From Bacteroidota bacterium (GTDB lineage: Bacteria; Bacteroidota; Bacteroidia; Flavobacteriales; Schleiferiaceae): a stretch of 64,000 nt of DNA. The stretch lies in NCBI GenBank assembly GCA_016868755.1, contig VGFU01000004.1, positions 21,110 through 85,109 of the forward strand. The letters run 5' to 3'. Shown in pieces: positions 55,032-64,000 of this stretch. A program made the translations under genes and the position numbers. The number at the start of each line of letters is the position of its first letter. Positions within the stretch are counted from its first letter, which is position 1. Under the pieces are notes generated by a model. The model made no database searches, was not told where the DNA came from, and saw nothing but the letters and a program-made list of their open reading frames with translations.

Positions 55032-56336
55032 TTACGCGTTGAATTTTTGCTTGAGAAGCAAGGTCGTTGTCGAATCCGGGCGCTCGATGGGCATCGCCAA
55101 AGCGCGGTCCCAGATCAAGTTGGCCAAAACGCCCAGCGAGCGCGAAACCCCAAACAGCACTGTGAAGAAGTCGTACTCCACCATGCCGTAGTGCATGAGC
55201 AGCTGCCCGCTGTGGGCGTCGACGTTCGGATACGGATTCTTAACCTTACCCGTAGCCTCGAGAATTCCCGGAACCACTTCAAAAATGTTGCTTACTACCT
55301 TAAACAACGGATCCTCGGGCATATGCTTCTGGGCAAACTCGCGCTGCGCCATGTAGCGCGGATCGGTCTTGCGCAGCACTGCGTGCCCAAATCCCGGAAC
55401 AACCTTGCCGTTGGCTAGGGTTTGGTGCACGTACTGGGCTATTTGGTCCTTGCTCGGCTCCTGCGTTCCCAGCTCTTCCAGCATTTCCAGCGTCCACTTG
55501 ATCACCTCTTGGTTGGCCAACCCGTGGAGCGGGCCTGCTAAACCGTTCATGCCCGCGGCAAAGCTCTGGTAGGCATCGCTCAGCGCGGACCCGACCAAAT
55601 GCACGGCGTGCGCCGAAACGTTTCCGCCCTCGTGGTCCGAGTGAATCGTCATGTACAAGCGCATGAGCTCTCGGAACTCCTCGTTATCGTACCCCAACAT
55701 GTGGGCGAAGTTGCCCGCCCAATCCAGCTTGGGATCAGGCTCAATATGGTCGCTGTTTTTGTAGGTGCGGCGGTAGATGTAGGCGGCAACCCTCGGAAGG
55801 CGGGCAATGAGGTTCATCGCATCTTCGTAGGTGTACTCCCAGTACTCCGATTTGCTGATTCCGCGCGCATAGGCCTTGCCAAATTCCGTTTCTGTGCGGA
55901 GGGCCATAATGCCCACCACAAACTGCGTCATGGGGTGCGCCGTCAGCGGCAAGGCATCGATGGCCTTGAACACGTGCTGCGGAACGATTGCACGTCGCGC
56001 CCAACTGTTGCTCAACCGACGCACGTCGTCGTCGTCCGGCATTTCATTCATCAAAATCAGGTGAAAAAGTCCCTCGGGAAGCGGCTCCGAACCACCTGGG
56101 TACTTCGGCAACTTGGCTTGAAGCTCTGGAATGCTGTAGCCCCTAAACCGAATGCCCTCTTGGGAATCCAACTTCGAGGTTTCGCAAATCAGCGCCGTCA
56201 TGCCGCGCATGCCTTGGTACACCTGGGCCACCGTGATTTCGCCCAGGCTTTCTTCACCGTGCTTCGCCAAAAACGCCTTTATCTCCGCTTGTGCCGGGGC
56301 GATTTTGGTTGAAAAATGTTCTTTAATCCGATCCAT
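55032..56336 (-). CDS. gltA: citrate synthase
   Basis: 434 aa. Contains IRFRGYSI, HSDHEGGNVSAH, GPLHGLANQEV and VPGFGHAVLRKTDPR. Confidence 0.95.
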   Translation of the reverse strand: MDRIKEHFSTKIAPAQAEIKAFLAKHGEESLGEITVAQVYQGMRGMTALICETSKLDSQEGIRFRGYSIPELQAKLPKYPGGSEPLPEGLFHLILMNEMPDDDDVRRLSNSWARRAIVPQHVFKAIDALPLTAHPMTQFVVGIMALRTETEFGKAYARGISKSEYWEYTYEDAMNLIARLPRVAAYIYRRTYKNSDHIEPDPKLDWAGNFAHMLGYDNEEFRELMRLYMTIHSDHEGGNVSAHAVHLVGSALSDAYQSFAAGMNGLAGPLHGLANQEVIKWTLEMLEELGTQEPSKDQIAQYVHQTLANGKVVPGFGHAVLRKTDPRYMAQREFAQKHMPEDPLFKVVSNIFEVVPGILEATGKVKNPYPNVDAHSGQLLMHYGMVEYDFFTVLFGVSRSLGVLANLIWDRALAMPIERPDSTTTLLLKQKFNA

Positions 56337-56357
56337 ATCAAGGGGTTGTTTTGTCGG

Positions 56358-57638
56358 TTACTTAAAATTCCATCCTGGGTACACGCCTGTGGCGCCGAGC
56401 ATCTCTTCGATGCGCAGGAGCTGGTTGTACTTCGCCATGCGGTCAGAGCGCGACGCGGAACCCGTTTTGATTTGGCCCGTATTCAAGGCCACCGCCAAGT
56501 CCGCAATGGTCGAGTCCTCGGTCTCGCCTGAACGGTGCGACATAATGCAGGTCATCCCATTGCGCTGAGCCTTTTGTACCGTCGCAATAGTTTCGGTGAG
56601 GCTTCCGATTTGGTTCACTTTTACCAGAACCGAGTTCGCGGCATTGAGTTCAATACCCTTGGTCACCCGGTCAACGTTGGTCACAAACAGGTCGTCGCCA
56701 ACAATTTGCACGCGGTTTCCAATGGCGGAATTTAGCTTGGACCAACCGGTCCAGTCGTCCTCAGCCAACCCGTCTTCAATCGAACGAATGGGGTACTGAT
56801 CTACCCATTTGGTCCAGTAGGCCACTACTTCGTCGGTGGTCATGGTCGCGCCCCCAGACTTTTTGAAGGTGTACAGGCCCGTTTTTTCGTCGTACAGCTC
56901 AGTCATGGCCGCATCCATGGCAATAACGAGGTCATTGCCGGCGGTAAATCCTGCCTTGTGAATAGCCTCCAACACGGTCTCGATAGCCTCTTCGTTGGAG
57001 CGAATGTTGGGCGCAAATCCGCCCTCGTCGCCCACATTGGTGCTGTACCCCTTGGCCTTTAGCACCGACTTGAGGTGGTGAAACACTTCGGTGCCCATCT
57101 GAAGACCTTGGCTGAAGCTGGTTGCTCCAACCGGCATTACCATAAATTCCTGGAAATCGATGGCGTTGTCGGCATGCGCTCCGCCGTTGAGAATGTTCAT
57201 CATCGGCACCGGCAGCGTGCGGGCGGTGGCCCCGCCGACGTACTGAAACAAGGGTAGTCCGCTTGCCTGCGCCGCAGCACGGGCCGCAGCCAACGAAACC
57301 GCCAAAATAGCGTTTGCACCTAATCGGGCTTTGTTGGGCGTTCCGTCGGCCTCGAGCATGGCCATGTCAACCTCTGCCTGATCAGTCACCTCAAGTCCAA
57401 CTACGGCTTGCGCCAATTCGCCATTCACGTGATCCACGGCGCGAAGCACCCCTTTTCCGAGGTAGCTGCGCGCATCGCCGTCGCGGAGCTCAACCGCTTC
57501 GTGCGCACCCGTCGACGCACCCGAAGGCACAGCCGCACGGCCAAAATGGCCAGAGTCGGTAACCACATCCGCTTCAACCGTAGGGTTTCCGCGGGAATCT
57601 AAAATTTGGCGAGCATAAACAGAAGTAATCGTAGGCAT
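56358..57638 (-). CDS. eno: enolase
   Basis: [17 protein letters not shown]...[13 protein letters not shown]...SHRSGETED. Confidence 0.95.
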   Translation of the reverse strand: MPTITSVYARQILDSRGNPTVEADVVTDSGHFGRAAVPSGASTGAHEAVELRDGDARSYLGKGVLRAVDHVNGELAQAVVGLEVTDQAEVDMAMLEADGTPNKARLGANAILAVSLAAARAAAQASGLPLFQYVGGATARTLPVPMMNILNGGAHADNAIDFQEFMVMPVGATSFSQGLQMGTEVFHHLKSVLKAKGYSTNVGDEGGFAPNIRSNEEAIETVLEAIHKAGFTAGNDLVIAMDAAMTELYDEKTGLYTFKKSGGATMTTDEVVAYWTKWVDQYPIRSIEDGLAEDDWTGWSKLNSAIGNRVQIVGDDLFVTNVDRVTKGIELNAANSVLVKVNQIGSLTETIATVQKAQRNGMTCIMSHRSGETEDSTIADLAVALNTGQIKTGSASRSDRMAKYNQLLRIEEMLGATGVYPGWNFK

Positions 57639-57639
57639 G

Positions 57640-58734
57640 TTAGGCAGGGATTGGTTGGTTCATTAACGCAACGAATTCATCAAAAAGGTATTGGGCATCG
57701 TGCGGACCCGGAGAGGCCTCTGGGTGGTACTGCACACTAAAAGCTGGCACGTCCGTGCGGCGAATTCCCGCTACGGTGCCGTCGTTGAGGTGGATGTGGG
57801 TCAACTCCACATTGATTGCGGCCTTGACCTCATCCATCGACACGGCAAAACCATGGTTCTGCGACGTGATCTCCCCCTTACCGGAGCGGAGGTTTTTAAC
57901 TGGGTGGTTAATTCCCCGGTGGCCGTTGTGCATCTTGTAGGTGCTGAGCCCAGAAGCCAAAGCGATCATTTGGTGGCCAAGGCAGATACCAAACGCCGGG
58001 GTGCCCGAAGCCAAAATCTGGCGAACCGTGGCAATCACTCCAGGGCTCGCTGCGGGATCTCCGGGGCCATTGGACAAAAAGTAGCCATCGGGTTTATCGG
58101 CAGAAAGCACGTCAAAGGGCGTGTCGTACGGATACACCGTGACGCGGCACCCCACGCGGACCAGGTTGCGCAAAATGTTGCGCTTTACGCCCAAATCAAG
58201 GGCCGCCACGTGAAACTTCGCATCAGGTGCCCCCACGGTGTAGGGCTCGTTCGTGCTAACGACGGAACACAGCTCGAGCCCCTTCATGTTGGGTGCATCT
58301 GCGAGTCGCTGCGCTGCCTGCTCTAAGCTGAGTTCGGTGGTCACCACCGCATTCTGGGCCCCAAAATCGCGGATGTGCTGTACTAAGGCCCGAGTATCCA
58401 CCTCAGATACCACGACCGACCCCTTCATGAAGTCTGCCAAGCTCCGGTGGCCGCCGCGCACGCGAGATGCCAAATCGCTAAAATTTCGGCATACCAAGCC
58501 CGCTATCTGAACCTCAGCAGACTCATTCTCCTCGGGAGCCACACCGTAGTTACCGATATGCGCCGTTGCGGTCACCATGATTTGGCCCTTGTAGCTCGGG
58601 TCGGTAAAAATCTCTTGATATCCGGTCATTCCGGTATTGAAGCAAATTTCGCCCACCGAAGTGCCGTCAATACCCACCGAAACCCCTTCGAAGTAGGTGC
58701 CATCTGCAAGCAGTACAAAGGCTTTTGAATTCAT
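57640..58734 (-). CDS. carA: carbamoyl-phosphate synthase small (glutaminase) subunit
   Basis: [24 protein letters not shown]; GICLGHQ; NHG; [15 protein letters not shown] 58734 preferred over the TTG track start. Confidence 0.9.
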   Translation of the reverse strand: MNSKAFVLLADGTYFEGVSVGIDGTSVGEICFNTGMTGYQEIFTDPSYKGQIMVTATAHIGNYGVAPEENESAEVQIAGLVCRNFSDLASRVRGGHRSLADFMKGSVVVSEVDTRALVQHIRDFGAQNAVVTTELSLEQAAQRLADAPNMKGLELCSVVSTNEPYTVGAPDAKFHVAALDLGVKRNILRNLVRVGCRVTVYPYDTPFDVLSADKPDGYFLSNGPGDPAASPGVIATVRQILASGTPAFGICLGHQMIALASGLSTYKMHNGHRGINHPVKNLRSGKGEITSQNHGFAVSMDEVKAAINVELTHIHLNDGTVAGIRRTDVPAFSVQYHPEASPGPHDAQYLFDEFVALMNQPIPA

Positions 58735-58758
58735 TTTCAATCGTTAAGAATTGGGCAC

Positions 58759-58788
58759 AAAAAAAGGATAAGGGGCCTCCTTATCCTT
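58759..58788 (-). terminator. rho-independent terminator (or attenuator) after rplQ
   Basis: Perfect 10-bp stem AAGGATAAGG/CCTTATCCTT with a 5-nt loop, followed on the minus strand by a T run. Confidence 0.65.
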
Positions 58789-58812
58789 TGCAAAGTACGA
58801 GCCAATCACGGT

Positions 58813-59328
58813 TTATTCCGCGTCGTTCGAATCGGTGTTTTCGGCTACTTCCGGAGCTTCCGGAGCAACTTCAGCCGCAGGTGCCGGAGCAGCCGCCGCC
58901 GGGGCAGCAGCCTTAGTGCGGCTACGGCGCGTGTTCTTCTTGGCCTCTTTCTTGGCGTTCGAGTAGATCTCGTTGAAGTCAACCAACTCAATCATGGCCA
59001 TTTCGGCGTTGTCACCCAGACGGTTACCCGTCTTGATGATGCGGGTGTAGCCACCGGGGCGGTCGCCCACCTTCACAGCTACCTCGCGAAAGAGTTCCGC
59101 AACAGCCTCCTTATTCTGAAGGTACGAGAACACCATACGGCGGTTGTGCGTGCTGTCAGACTTTGAACGCGTAACCAAAGGCTCCACGTACTTCTTAAGT
59201 TCCTTCGCCTTGGCCAACGTAGTGTTGATGCGCTTGTGCGTAATCAACGACGCCGCCATATTGCTCAGCATCGCCTTGCGGTGCGAAGCCGTACGTCCTA
59301 AGTGGTTAAATTTCTTGCCGTGACGCAT
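58813..59328 (-). CDS. rplQ: 50S ribosomal protein L17
   Basis: [22 protein letters not shown]... Confidence 0.95.
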   Translation of the reverse strand: MRHGKKFNHLGRTASHRKAMLSNMAASLITHKRINTTLAKAKELKKYVEPLVTRSKSDSTHNRRMVFSYLQNKEAVAELFREVAVKVGDRPGGYTRIIKTGNRLGDNAEMAMIELVDFNEIYSNAKKEAKKNTRRSRTKAAAPAAAAPAPAAEVAPEAPEVAENTDSNDAE

Positions 59329-59331
59329 GTC

Positions 59332-60324
59332 TTATTCTTTATCGAGTTTGTACTTGGTAATATCCATACCGAACGTCAAGCCGAGGCGAGCTACCAGCTC
59401 TTCGAGTTCAGTGAGTGACTTCTTTCCGAAGTTGCGGAACTTCATCAAATCTTGCTTCGTGTACGAAACCAGGTCTGAAACAAGTTCAACTTCGGCGGCC
59501 TTCAAGCAATTCAAGGCGCGCACGCTCAATTCGAGTTCGGTGAGCGGACGCAGCAAAAGCTTGCGCATCTCCAGCACCTCTTCGTCGTAGGTCTCAGACT
59601 CTACAGCAACCTCGGTCTCGGCGACCATGCGGTCGTCGGTAAACAGCAGGAAGTGCTGAATCAAGATCTGGGCCGACTCGGTGAGCGCGTCCATCGGAGC
59701 AATCGAACCGTCGGTCTCGATGTTGAGGACCAACTTTTCGAAGTCCGTCTTCTGCTCCACACGGAAGTTTTCTACGTCAAAGCTGACGTTCTTCATCGGC
59801 GTGTAGATCGAATCCATGAAGATGGTGCCTATGGGGGCGTCAACCTTCTTGTTCTCTTCAGCCGGAACGTATCCGCGACCCTTTTCAATGGTGAACTCTA
59901 GTTCCAACTTGATCGAAGCGTCCATGTTGCAAATCACGAGGTCGGGATTCAGCACTTGGAAGTTGGTCAAAAAGGCTGAAAGGTCGCCTGCCTTAAAGGC
60001 ATCTTTACCTGAAATAACCACTTTAACCGTTTCGCCTTCGGTACCGTCGATTTGGCGCTTGAAGCGGACTTGCTTCAAATTCAAAATCATCTCGGTAACG
60101 TCTTCGACTACACCTTTGATGGTTGAGAACTCGTGGTCTACACCTTGAATGCGCACGCTGGTAAAGGCAAAACCCTCCAACGAGTTCAGCAGAACGCGGC
60201 GCAGCGCGTTGCCCACGGTAAGACCGAAGCCGGGCTCCAAGGGGCGGAATTCAAACTGACCCAGGTTCTCAGACGTCGAGATGACGTGAACCTTGTCAGG
60301 CTTTTGGAAAGGAAGAATCGGCAT
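59332..60324 (-). CDS. rpoA: DNA-directed RNA polymerase subunit alpha
   Basis: [25 protein letters not shown]-type N-terminus. C-terminal [13 protein letters not shown]. Confidence 0.95.
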   Translation of the reverse strand: MPILPFQKPDKVHVISTSENLGQFEFRPLEPGFGLTVGNALRRVLLNSLEGFAFTSVRIQGVDHEFSTIKGVVEDVTEMILNLKQVRFKRQIDGTEGETVKVVISGKDAFKAGDLSAFLTNFQVLNPDLVICNMDASIKLELEFTIEKGRGYVPAEENKKVDAPIGTIFMDSIYTPMKNVSFDVENFRVEQKTDFEKLVLNIETDGSIAPMDALTESAQILIQHFLLFTDDRMVAETEVAVESETYDEEVLEMRKLLLRPLTELELSVRALNCLKAAEVELVSDLVSYTKQDLMKFRNFGKKSLTELEELVARLGLTFGMDITKYKLDKE

Positions 60325-60327
60325 AGC

Positions 60328-60936
60328 TTATTTCGAGTAGAGTTCGACAATCAGTTGCTCCTTGATGTTCTCCGGGATCATATCGCGGGTAGGAACACTG
60401 AGCATTTTTCCGCTCATTGTGGCGGAGTTCCACTGCATCCAAGGGTATTGGTCGGCACGAGCAGAACCGAGGCTGTTCGAAACAACCTCCAGAGACTTTG
60501 AGCGCTCGCGAACGGCGATCTCGTCGTTCAGCGTAACCGAGTACGAAGGAATGTTCAGTACTTCACCGTTCACCGTAATGTGGCAGTGCGTAACCAATTG
60601 GCGAGCCGCACGGCGCGTAGGAGCAATTCCTAGACGGTACACGACGTTGTCCAAGCGGCGCTCGCACAGCTGAAGCAGAACCTCACCGGTGATGCCCTTT
60701 GAACGAGACGCGTGGTCAAACATGATGCGGAACTGGCGCTCCAGAATTCCGTAGGTGTACTTCGCCTTTTGCTTTTCAGCAAGCTGTACAGAGTATTCGC
60801 TCTTCTTGCCGCGCTTGCGCTGGAATCCGTGCTGCCCCGGAGGGTAGTTGCGCTTATCCAGTGAGCGATCCGGACCAAAGATGGGTTCGCCAAAACGACG
60901 GGCGATTTTCGTAACAGGACCTCGGTAACGTGCCAT
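60328..60936 (-). CDS. rpsD: 30S ribosomal protein S4
   Basis: [20 protein letters not shown]... Confidence 0.95.
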   Translation of the reverse strand: MARYRGPVTKIARRFGEPIFGPDRSLDKRNYPPGQHGFQRKRGKKSEYSVQLAEKQKAKYTYGILERQFRIMFDHASRSKGITGEVLLQLCERRLDNVVYRLGIAPTRRAARQLVTHCHITVNGEVLNIPSYSVTLNDEIAVRERSKSLEVVSNSLGSARADQYPWMQWNSATMSGKMLSVPTRDMIPENIKEQLIVELYSK

Positions 60937-60962
60937 TTCTTTCTGCTTCTTTTAACTTATTA

Positions 60963-61364
60963 CTATACGCGACGGCGCTTGGGCGGACGGCATCCGTTGT
61001 GCGGAATCGGCGTGATGTCCACGATTTCCGTCACTTCAATGCCCGTATTGGCGAGGCTGCGGATGGCGCTTTCGCGACCGTTGCCCGGCCCTTTTACGTA
61101 CACCTTCACCTTGCGAAGACCTGCCTCCATCGCTACACCCGCAGCTTGCTCTGCAGCAACCTGAGCGGCGTAGGGGGTGTTCTTTTTCGAACCGCGGAAG
61201 CCCATCTTACCGGCTGACGACCACGAGATCACCTGACCTTGGGTGTTCGTCAACGCAATGATGATGTTGTTGAACGTAGTGCTGATGTGCGCTTCGCCCA
61301 CCGACTCCACTTTAACCTTCCGCTTCTTCGTAGTCTTCGCGGATTTTGTATTCTGTTTTGCCAT
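60963..61364 (-). CDS. rpsK: 30S ribosomal protein S11
   Basis: [20 protein letters not shown]....SAG..GF.GS.K.TPYAAQ. Confidence 0.95.
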   Translation of the reverse strand: MAKQNTKSAKTTKKRKVKVESVGEAHISTTFNNIIIALTNTQGQVISWSSAGKMGFRGSKKNTPYAAQVAAEQAAGVAMEAGLRKVKVYVKGPGNGRESAIRSLANTGIEVTEIVDITPIPHNGCRPPKRRRV

Positions 61365-61383
61365 CGCTTCTAACGCTTAATGC

Positions 61384-61761
61384 TTATTTAGTTGCCTTCT
61401 TCTTGTTTGCTACCGTCTTGCGCTTACCCTTACGAGTACGGCTGTTGTTCTTGGTACGCTGACCGCGCAACGGAAGTCCCAGACGGTGGCGAATGCCGCG
61501 CTGGCATCCGATGTCCATAAGGCGCTTAATGCTCATCGATACCTCGGAACGGAGCTCGCCCTCCACCTTCATGCTGCCCGTGATGAAGTCACGGATGAGC
61601 TGGAGCTGCTCGTCAGTCCAATCTTGAACCTTGATGTTGACATCTACGCCAACCGTAGTCAGAATCTCTTTCGCTTTGGAGCGACCGATTCCGTAGATGT
61701 AGGTCAAGCCGATTTCACCGCGCTTGTTCCGGGGGAGGTCAATACCTGCAATACGTGCCAT
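61384..61761 (-). CDS. rpsM: 30S ribosomal protein S13
   Basis: [26 protein letters not shown]. Confidence 0.95.
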   Translation of the reverse strand: MARIAGIDLPRNKRGEIGLTYIYGIGRSKAKEILTTVGVDVNIKVQDWTDEQLQLIRDFITGSMKVEGELRSEVSMSIKRLMDIGCQRGIRHRLGLPLRGQRTKNNSRTRKGKRKTVANKKKATK

Positions 61762-61779
61762 TATTCTATTCGGATTGGA

Positions 61780-61896
61780 TTAGCCCTGACGCTGCTTGAG
61801 CTTCGGATTTTTCTTGTTAATGATGTACAAGCGGCCTTTGCGGCGGACAATTTTGCAGTCCGCGCTGCGCTTTTTGAGGGATGCTCTAACTTTCAT
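61780..61896 (-). CDS. rpmJ: 50S ribosomal protein L36
   Basis: Not in the ORF track because it is under 60 aa. Hand translation of the minus strand gives [38 protein letters not shown]. Confidence 0.9.
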   Translation of the reverse strand: MKVRASLKKRSADCKIVRRKGRLYIINKKNPKLKQRQG

Positions 61897-61918
61897 CGGT
61901 TGCGATTATAACTTCAGT

Positions 61919-62134
61919 TTAGTAGCGGTAAACAATTCGTGCTTTGGTCAAATCATACGGAGACAACTCCAACTTCACCCGATCTCCTGGCAAAAGCTTG
62001 ATGTAGTGCATCCGCATTTTGCCCGAGATGTGCGCGGTAACGACGTGGCCGTTTTCCAGCTCCACACGAAACATCGCGTTAGAGAGGTTTTCGGTAATCG
62101 TACCGTCTTGGGAGATCGCGCCTTGCTTCGACAT
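61919..62134 (-). CDS. infA: translation initiation factor IF-1
   Basis: [53 protein letters not shown]. Confidence 0.95.
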   Translation of the reverse strand: MSKQGAISQDGTITENLSNAMFRVELENGHVVTAHISGKMRMHYIKLLPGDRVKLELSPYDLTKARIVYRY

Positions 62135-62138
62135 AGAC

Positions 62139-63473
62139 TTAGATTGATTCGGGATTGCGACCGCGAATGCGGCCCCCTTCCATCAAGCCATCGTAGTGGC
62201 GGTTCAACAAGTAGCTCTCGATTTGCATCAGCGTATCAAGAACTACACCCACGATAATCAGCAGTGAAGTACCGCCGTAAAACTGTGCCCAGGTCATGCT
62301 CACTCCAAAATTCATGAGTACCGCAGGTAGAATTGCGATACCTGAAAGGAGCAACGCACCGGGAAGCGTGATTTTTGCAAGGACGTCGTCGATAAAACGA
62401 GCCGTGTCGCCTCCGGGCTTAACCCCCGGAATAAATCCGCCATTGCGCGTCAAGTCGTCAGACATCTGCGTAGAGTTGATCTGAATCGCCGTGTAGAAGT
62501 AGGTGAAGACCAAAATCAGCACCACGAACACGAAATTGTACCAGAAACCTTGGATGTTGCCAAAGAGGTCTACCATCCACGAAGTGCCTTCACCCGTAAG
62601 CCCGGCATACTGAACCACCGTCAAGGGAATGAACATCAACGCTTGCGCAAAAATGATCGGCATTACCCCCGAGGCATTCACCTTGATCGGCAGGTAGCTG
62701 CGGCCAAGAGACTTGGAACTTCCGCCGGCAACGCGCTTGGCGTACTCCAAAGGAATCTGGCGAACCGCTTGCGTAAGCGCAATGGCGAACAAAATCACCA
62801 AGTACAGCGCGACCATCTCCAAGAGGAATACGATCCAACCTCCGCCCGCAGGACTCAGCTGGGTAACCAACTCTTGAAGGAACGACTGCGGAAACGAGGC
62901 AATGATACCGATCATGATCAACAGAGAGATACCGTTGCCAATGCCCTTGTCGGTGATCTTTTCTCCAAGCCACATCGCGAAGATGGTACCCGAAATCAAC
63001 GTAATCCAGGCGCTAAACCAAAACAACTCCGTAGGCAGGGTTACCTGCACCCCTTGGTACATCAGGTTGGTGATGTATCCCGGTGCCTGTGCAGCAACCA
63101 CCAGAATCGTTAAGTAGCGCGTGATTTGGTTGAGTTTGCGGCGACCCGACTCCCCTTCTTTCTGCATTTTGCTGATCGCAGGAATGGCGAGTCCGGCAAG
63201 TTGCATGAAGATCGAAGCCGAGATGTAGGGCATGATACCCAAAGCGAGTATCGAGGCGTTGGCAAATGCTCCGCCAGAAAACGCGTTGATCAAGCCCACC
63301 AACCCTTCAGAGGCCTGGTTTTGCAACTGATCCAAACTCGAAGGATCAATACCGGGCAAAACCACGTTCGAACCCAAGCGGTAAACCAGGATCAATCCAG
63401 CAGTCAACGTGATTTTGTCACGCAGCTCCTGGATAGCCCAGATATTCTTAAAGGTTTCGATGAGCTTTTTCAT
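62139..63473 (-). CDS. secY: preprotein translocase subunit SecY
   Basis: 444 aa, 10 TM. Contains [13 protein letters not shown] and GGFIPG.KPG..T. Confidence 0.95.
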   Translation of the reverse strand: MKKLIETFKNIWAIQELRDKITLTAGLILVYRLGSNVVLPGIDPSSLDQLQNQASEGLVGLINAFSGGAFANASILALGIMPYISASIFMQLAGLAIPAISKMQKEGESGRRKLNQITRYLTILVVAAQAPGYITNLMYQGVQVTLPTELFWFSAWITLISGTIFAMWLGEKITDKGIGNGISLLIMIGIIASFPQSFLQELVTQLSPAGGGWIVFLLEMVALYLVILFAIALTQAVRQIPLEYAKRVAGGSSKSLGRSYLPIKVNASGVMPIIFAQALMFIPLTVVQYAGLTGEGTSWMVDLFGNIQGFWYNFVFVVLILVFTYFYTAIQINSTQMSDDLTRNGGFIPGVKPGGDTARFIDDVLAKITLPGALLLSGIAILPAVLMNFGVSMTWAQFYGGTSLLIIVGVVLDTLMQIESYLLNRHYDGLMEGGRIRGRNPESI

Positions 63474-63937
63474 TACTCGGTGACTTCTTGAAGAAGGCTA
63501 ATGCTACCGCCCGCAGCCGTAATGGCTGAGGCAGCTGACTGGCTTACTTTGTGTACACGGATGGTCAAGGCCGTCTTCACCTCACCACGTCCAAGCACTT
63601 TGATCAAATCGTTCTTGCCTGCAAGACCGAACTGAACCAGTTCAATAGGGCTAATTTCTTTGATGCTGTGGGTAGTAGCAAGCTGCTCGAGCACGTCGAG
63701 GTTGATGGCGCGGAATTCTACGCGGTTTGGATTCTTGAAACCAAACTTCGGTACGCGACGCTGAAGGGGCATCTGGCCACCCTCAAAACCAATCTTCTTG
63801 CTGTAGCCCGTGCGAGCCTTTTGACCTTTGTGACCAGCTCCGGCGGTTCCGCCGTTGCCAGTACCTTCACCACGTCCGAGGCGCTTTTTGGTCTTCACTG
63901 CTCCAGGAGCAGGCTTAAGTTCGTGCAATGCTGCCAT
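63473..63937 (-). CDS. rplO: 50S ribosomal protein L15
   Basis: LKPAPGAVKTKKRLGRGEGTGNGGTAGAGHKGQKAR. Confidence 0.95.
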   Translation of the reverse strand: MAALHELKPAPGAVKTKKRLGRGEGTGNGGTAGAGHKGQKARTGYSKKIGFEGGQMPLQRRVPKFGFKNPNRVEFRAINLDVLEQLATTHSIKEISPIELVQFGLAGKNDLIKVLGRGEVKTALTIRVHKVSQSAASAITAAGGSISLLQEVTE

Positions 63938-63942
63938 GATCG

Positions 63943-64000
63943 TTAGGCGTTTACTTCTTCAACTTTAACTAAGTGGTTCACAGCGCGAACCATTCCCAAA
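63943..64000 (-). CDS. rpmD: 50S ribosomal protein L30 (C-terminal end only)
   Basis: Hand translation of the minus strand gives ...LGMVRAVNHLVKVEEVNA*. Its position between rplO and the expected rpsE fits the spc-operon order. Confidence 0.75.
   Translation of the reverse strand, partial: LGMVRAVNHLVKVEEVNA

Noticed and set aside
1-64000. Searched by eye for defence systems, toxin-antitoxin pairs, mobile elements, prophage remnants, rRNA and CRISPR arrays.
   Set aside because: No nuclease, helicase, methylase, integrase or transposase-like proteins were seen, and no repeat-spacer structure. RadC is a single housekeeping-type JAB protein inside an operon. I therefore do not claim any such system.

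Overview
GC-rich (by eye about 55-60 %) chromosomal segment, almost certainly from a member of Bacteroidota. Three things support this: a type IX secretion C-terminal sorting domain, many TAnnTTTG '-7' promoter boxes, and the gene order infA-rpmJ-rpsM-rpsK-rpsD-rpoA-rplQ-carA-eno-gltA. I can support about 66 protein genes and one tRNA (Glu-UUC). I see no rRNA, CRISPR array, transposase, integrase, phage gene or recognisable defence system.

Most of the window is tightly packed core metabolism and translation:
- TCA cycle and glycolysis: acn, icd, gltA, eno, gpmI
- Replication and translation: dnaX, proS, cysS, S6-S18-L9, S20, S1, and the alpha-operon end of the ribosomal protein cluster with secY
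- Other core genes: icmF, folE, lgt, map

The less ordinary parts are:
1. A glycan export cluster (6.0-12.1 kb). An orphan FtsX/MacB-type permease is translationally coupled to a Wzm/Wzt exporter, next to a sulfotransferase and two GT2 genes.
2. An A10 run in dnaX with stop codons close by in both shifted frames, at the point where a gamma subunit would end.
3. A recurrent arrangement in which a consensus TAnnTTTG box sits only 4-8 nt from the start codon of at least eight genes. This predicts leaderless or near-leaderless mRNAs. It includes a perfect 10-bp inverted repeat between a KAS III gene and folE.
4. A three-gene envelope module (34.8-40.5 kb). It opens with a very unusual Gly/Tyr/Trp-rich, tandem-repeat lipoprotein, followed by a FadL/PorV-like barrel and a large BNR/sortilin-like protein.
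5. An amino-sugar modification trio with oxyR embedded in the same overlapping operon.

I found no clear-cut new 'system'. Item 4 and the exporter cluster are the best candidates. All family names come from motifs I recognise by eye; no database search was possible.
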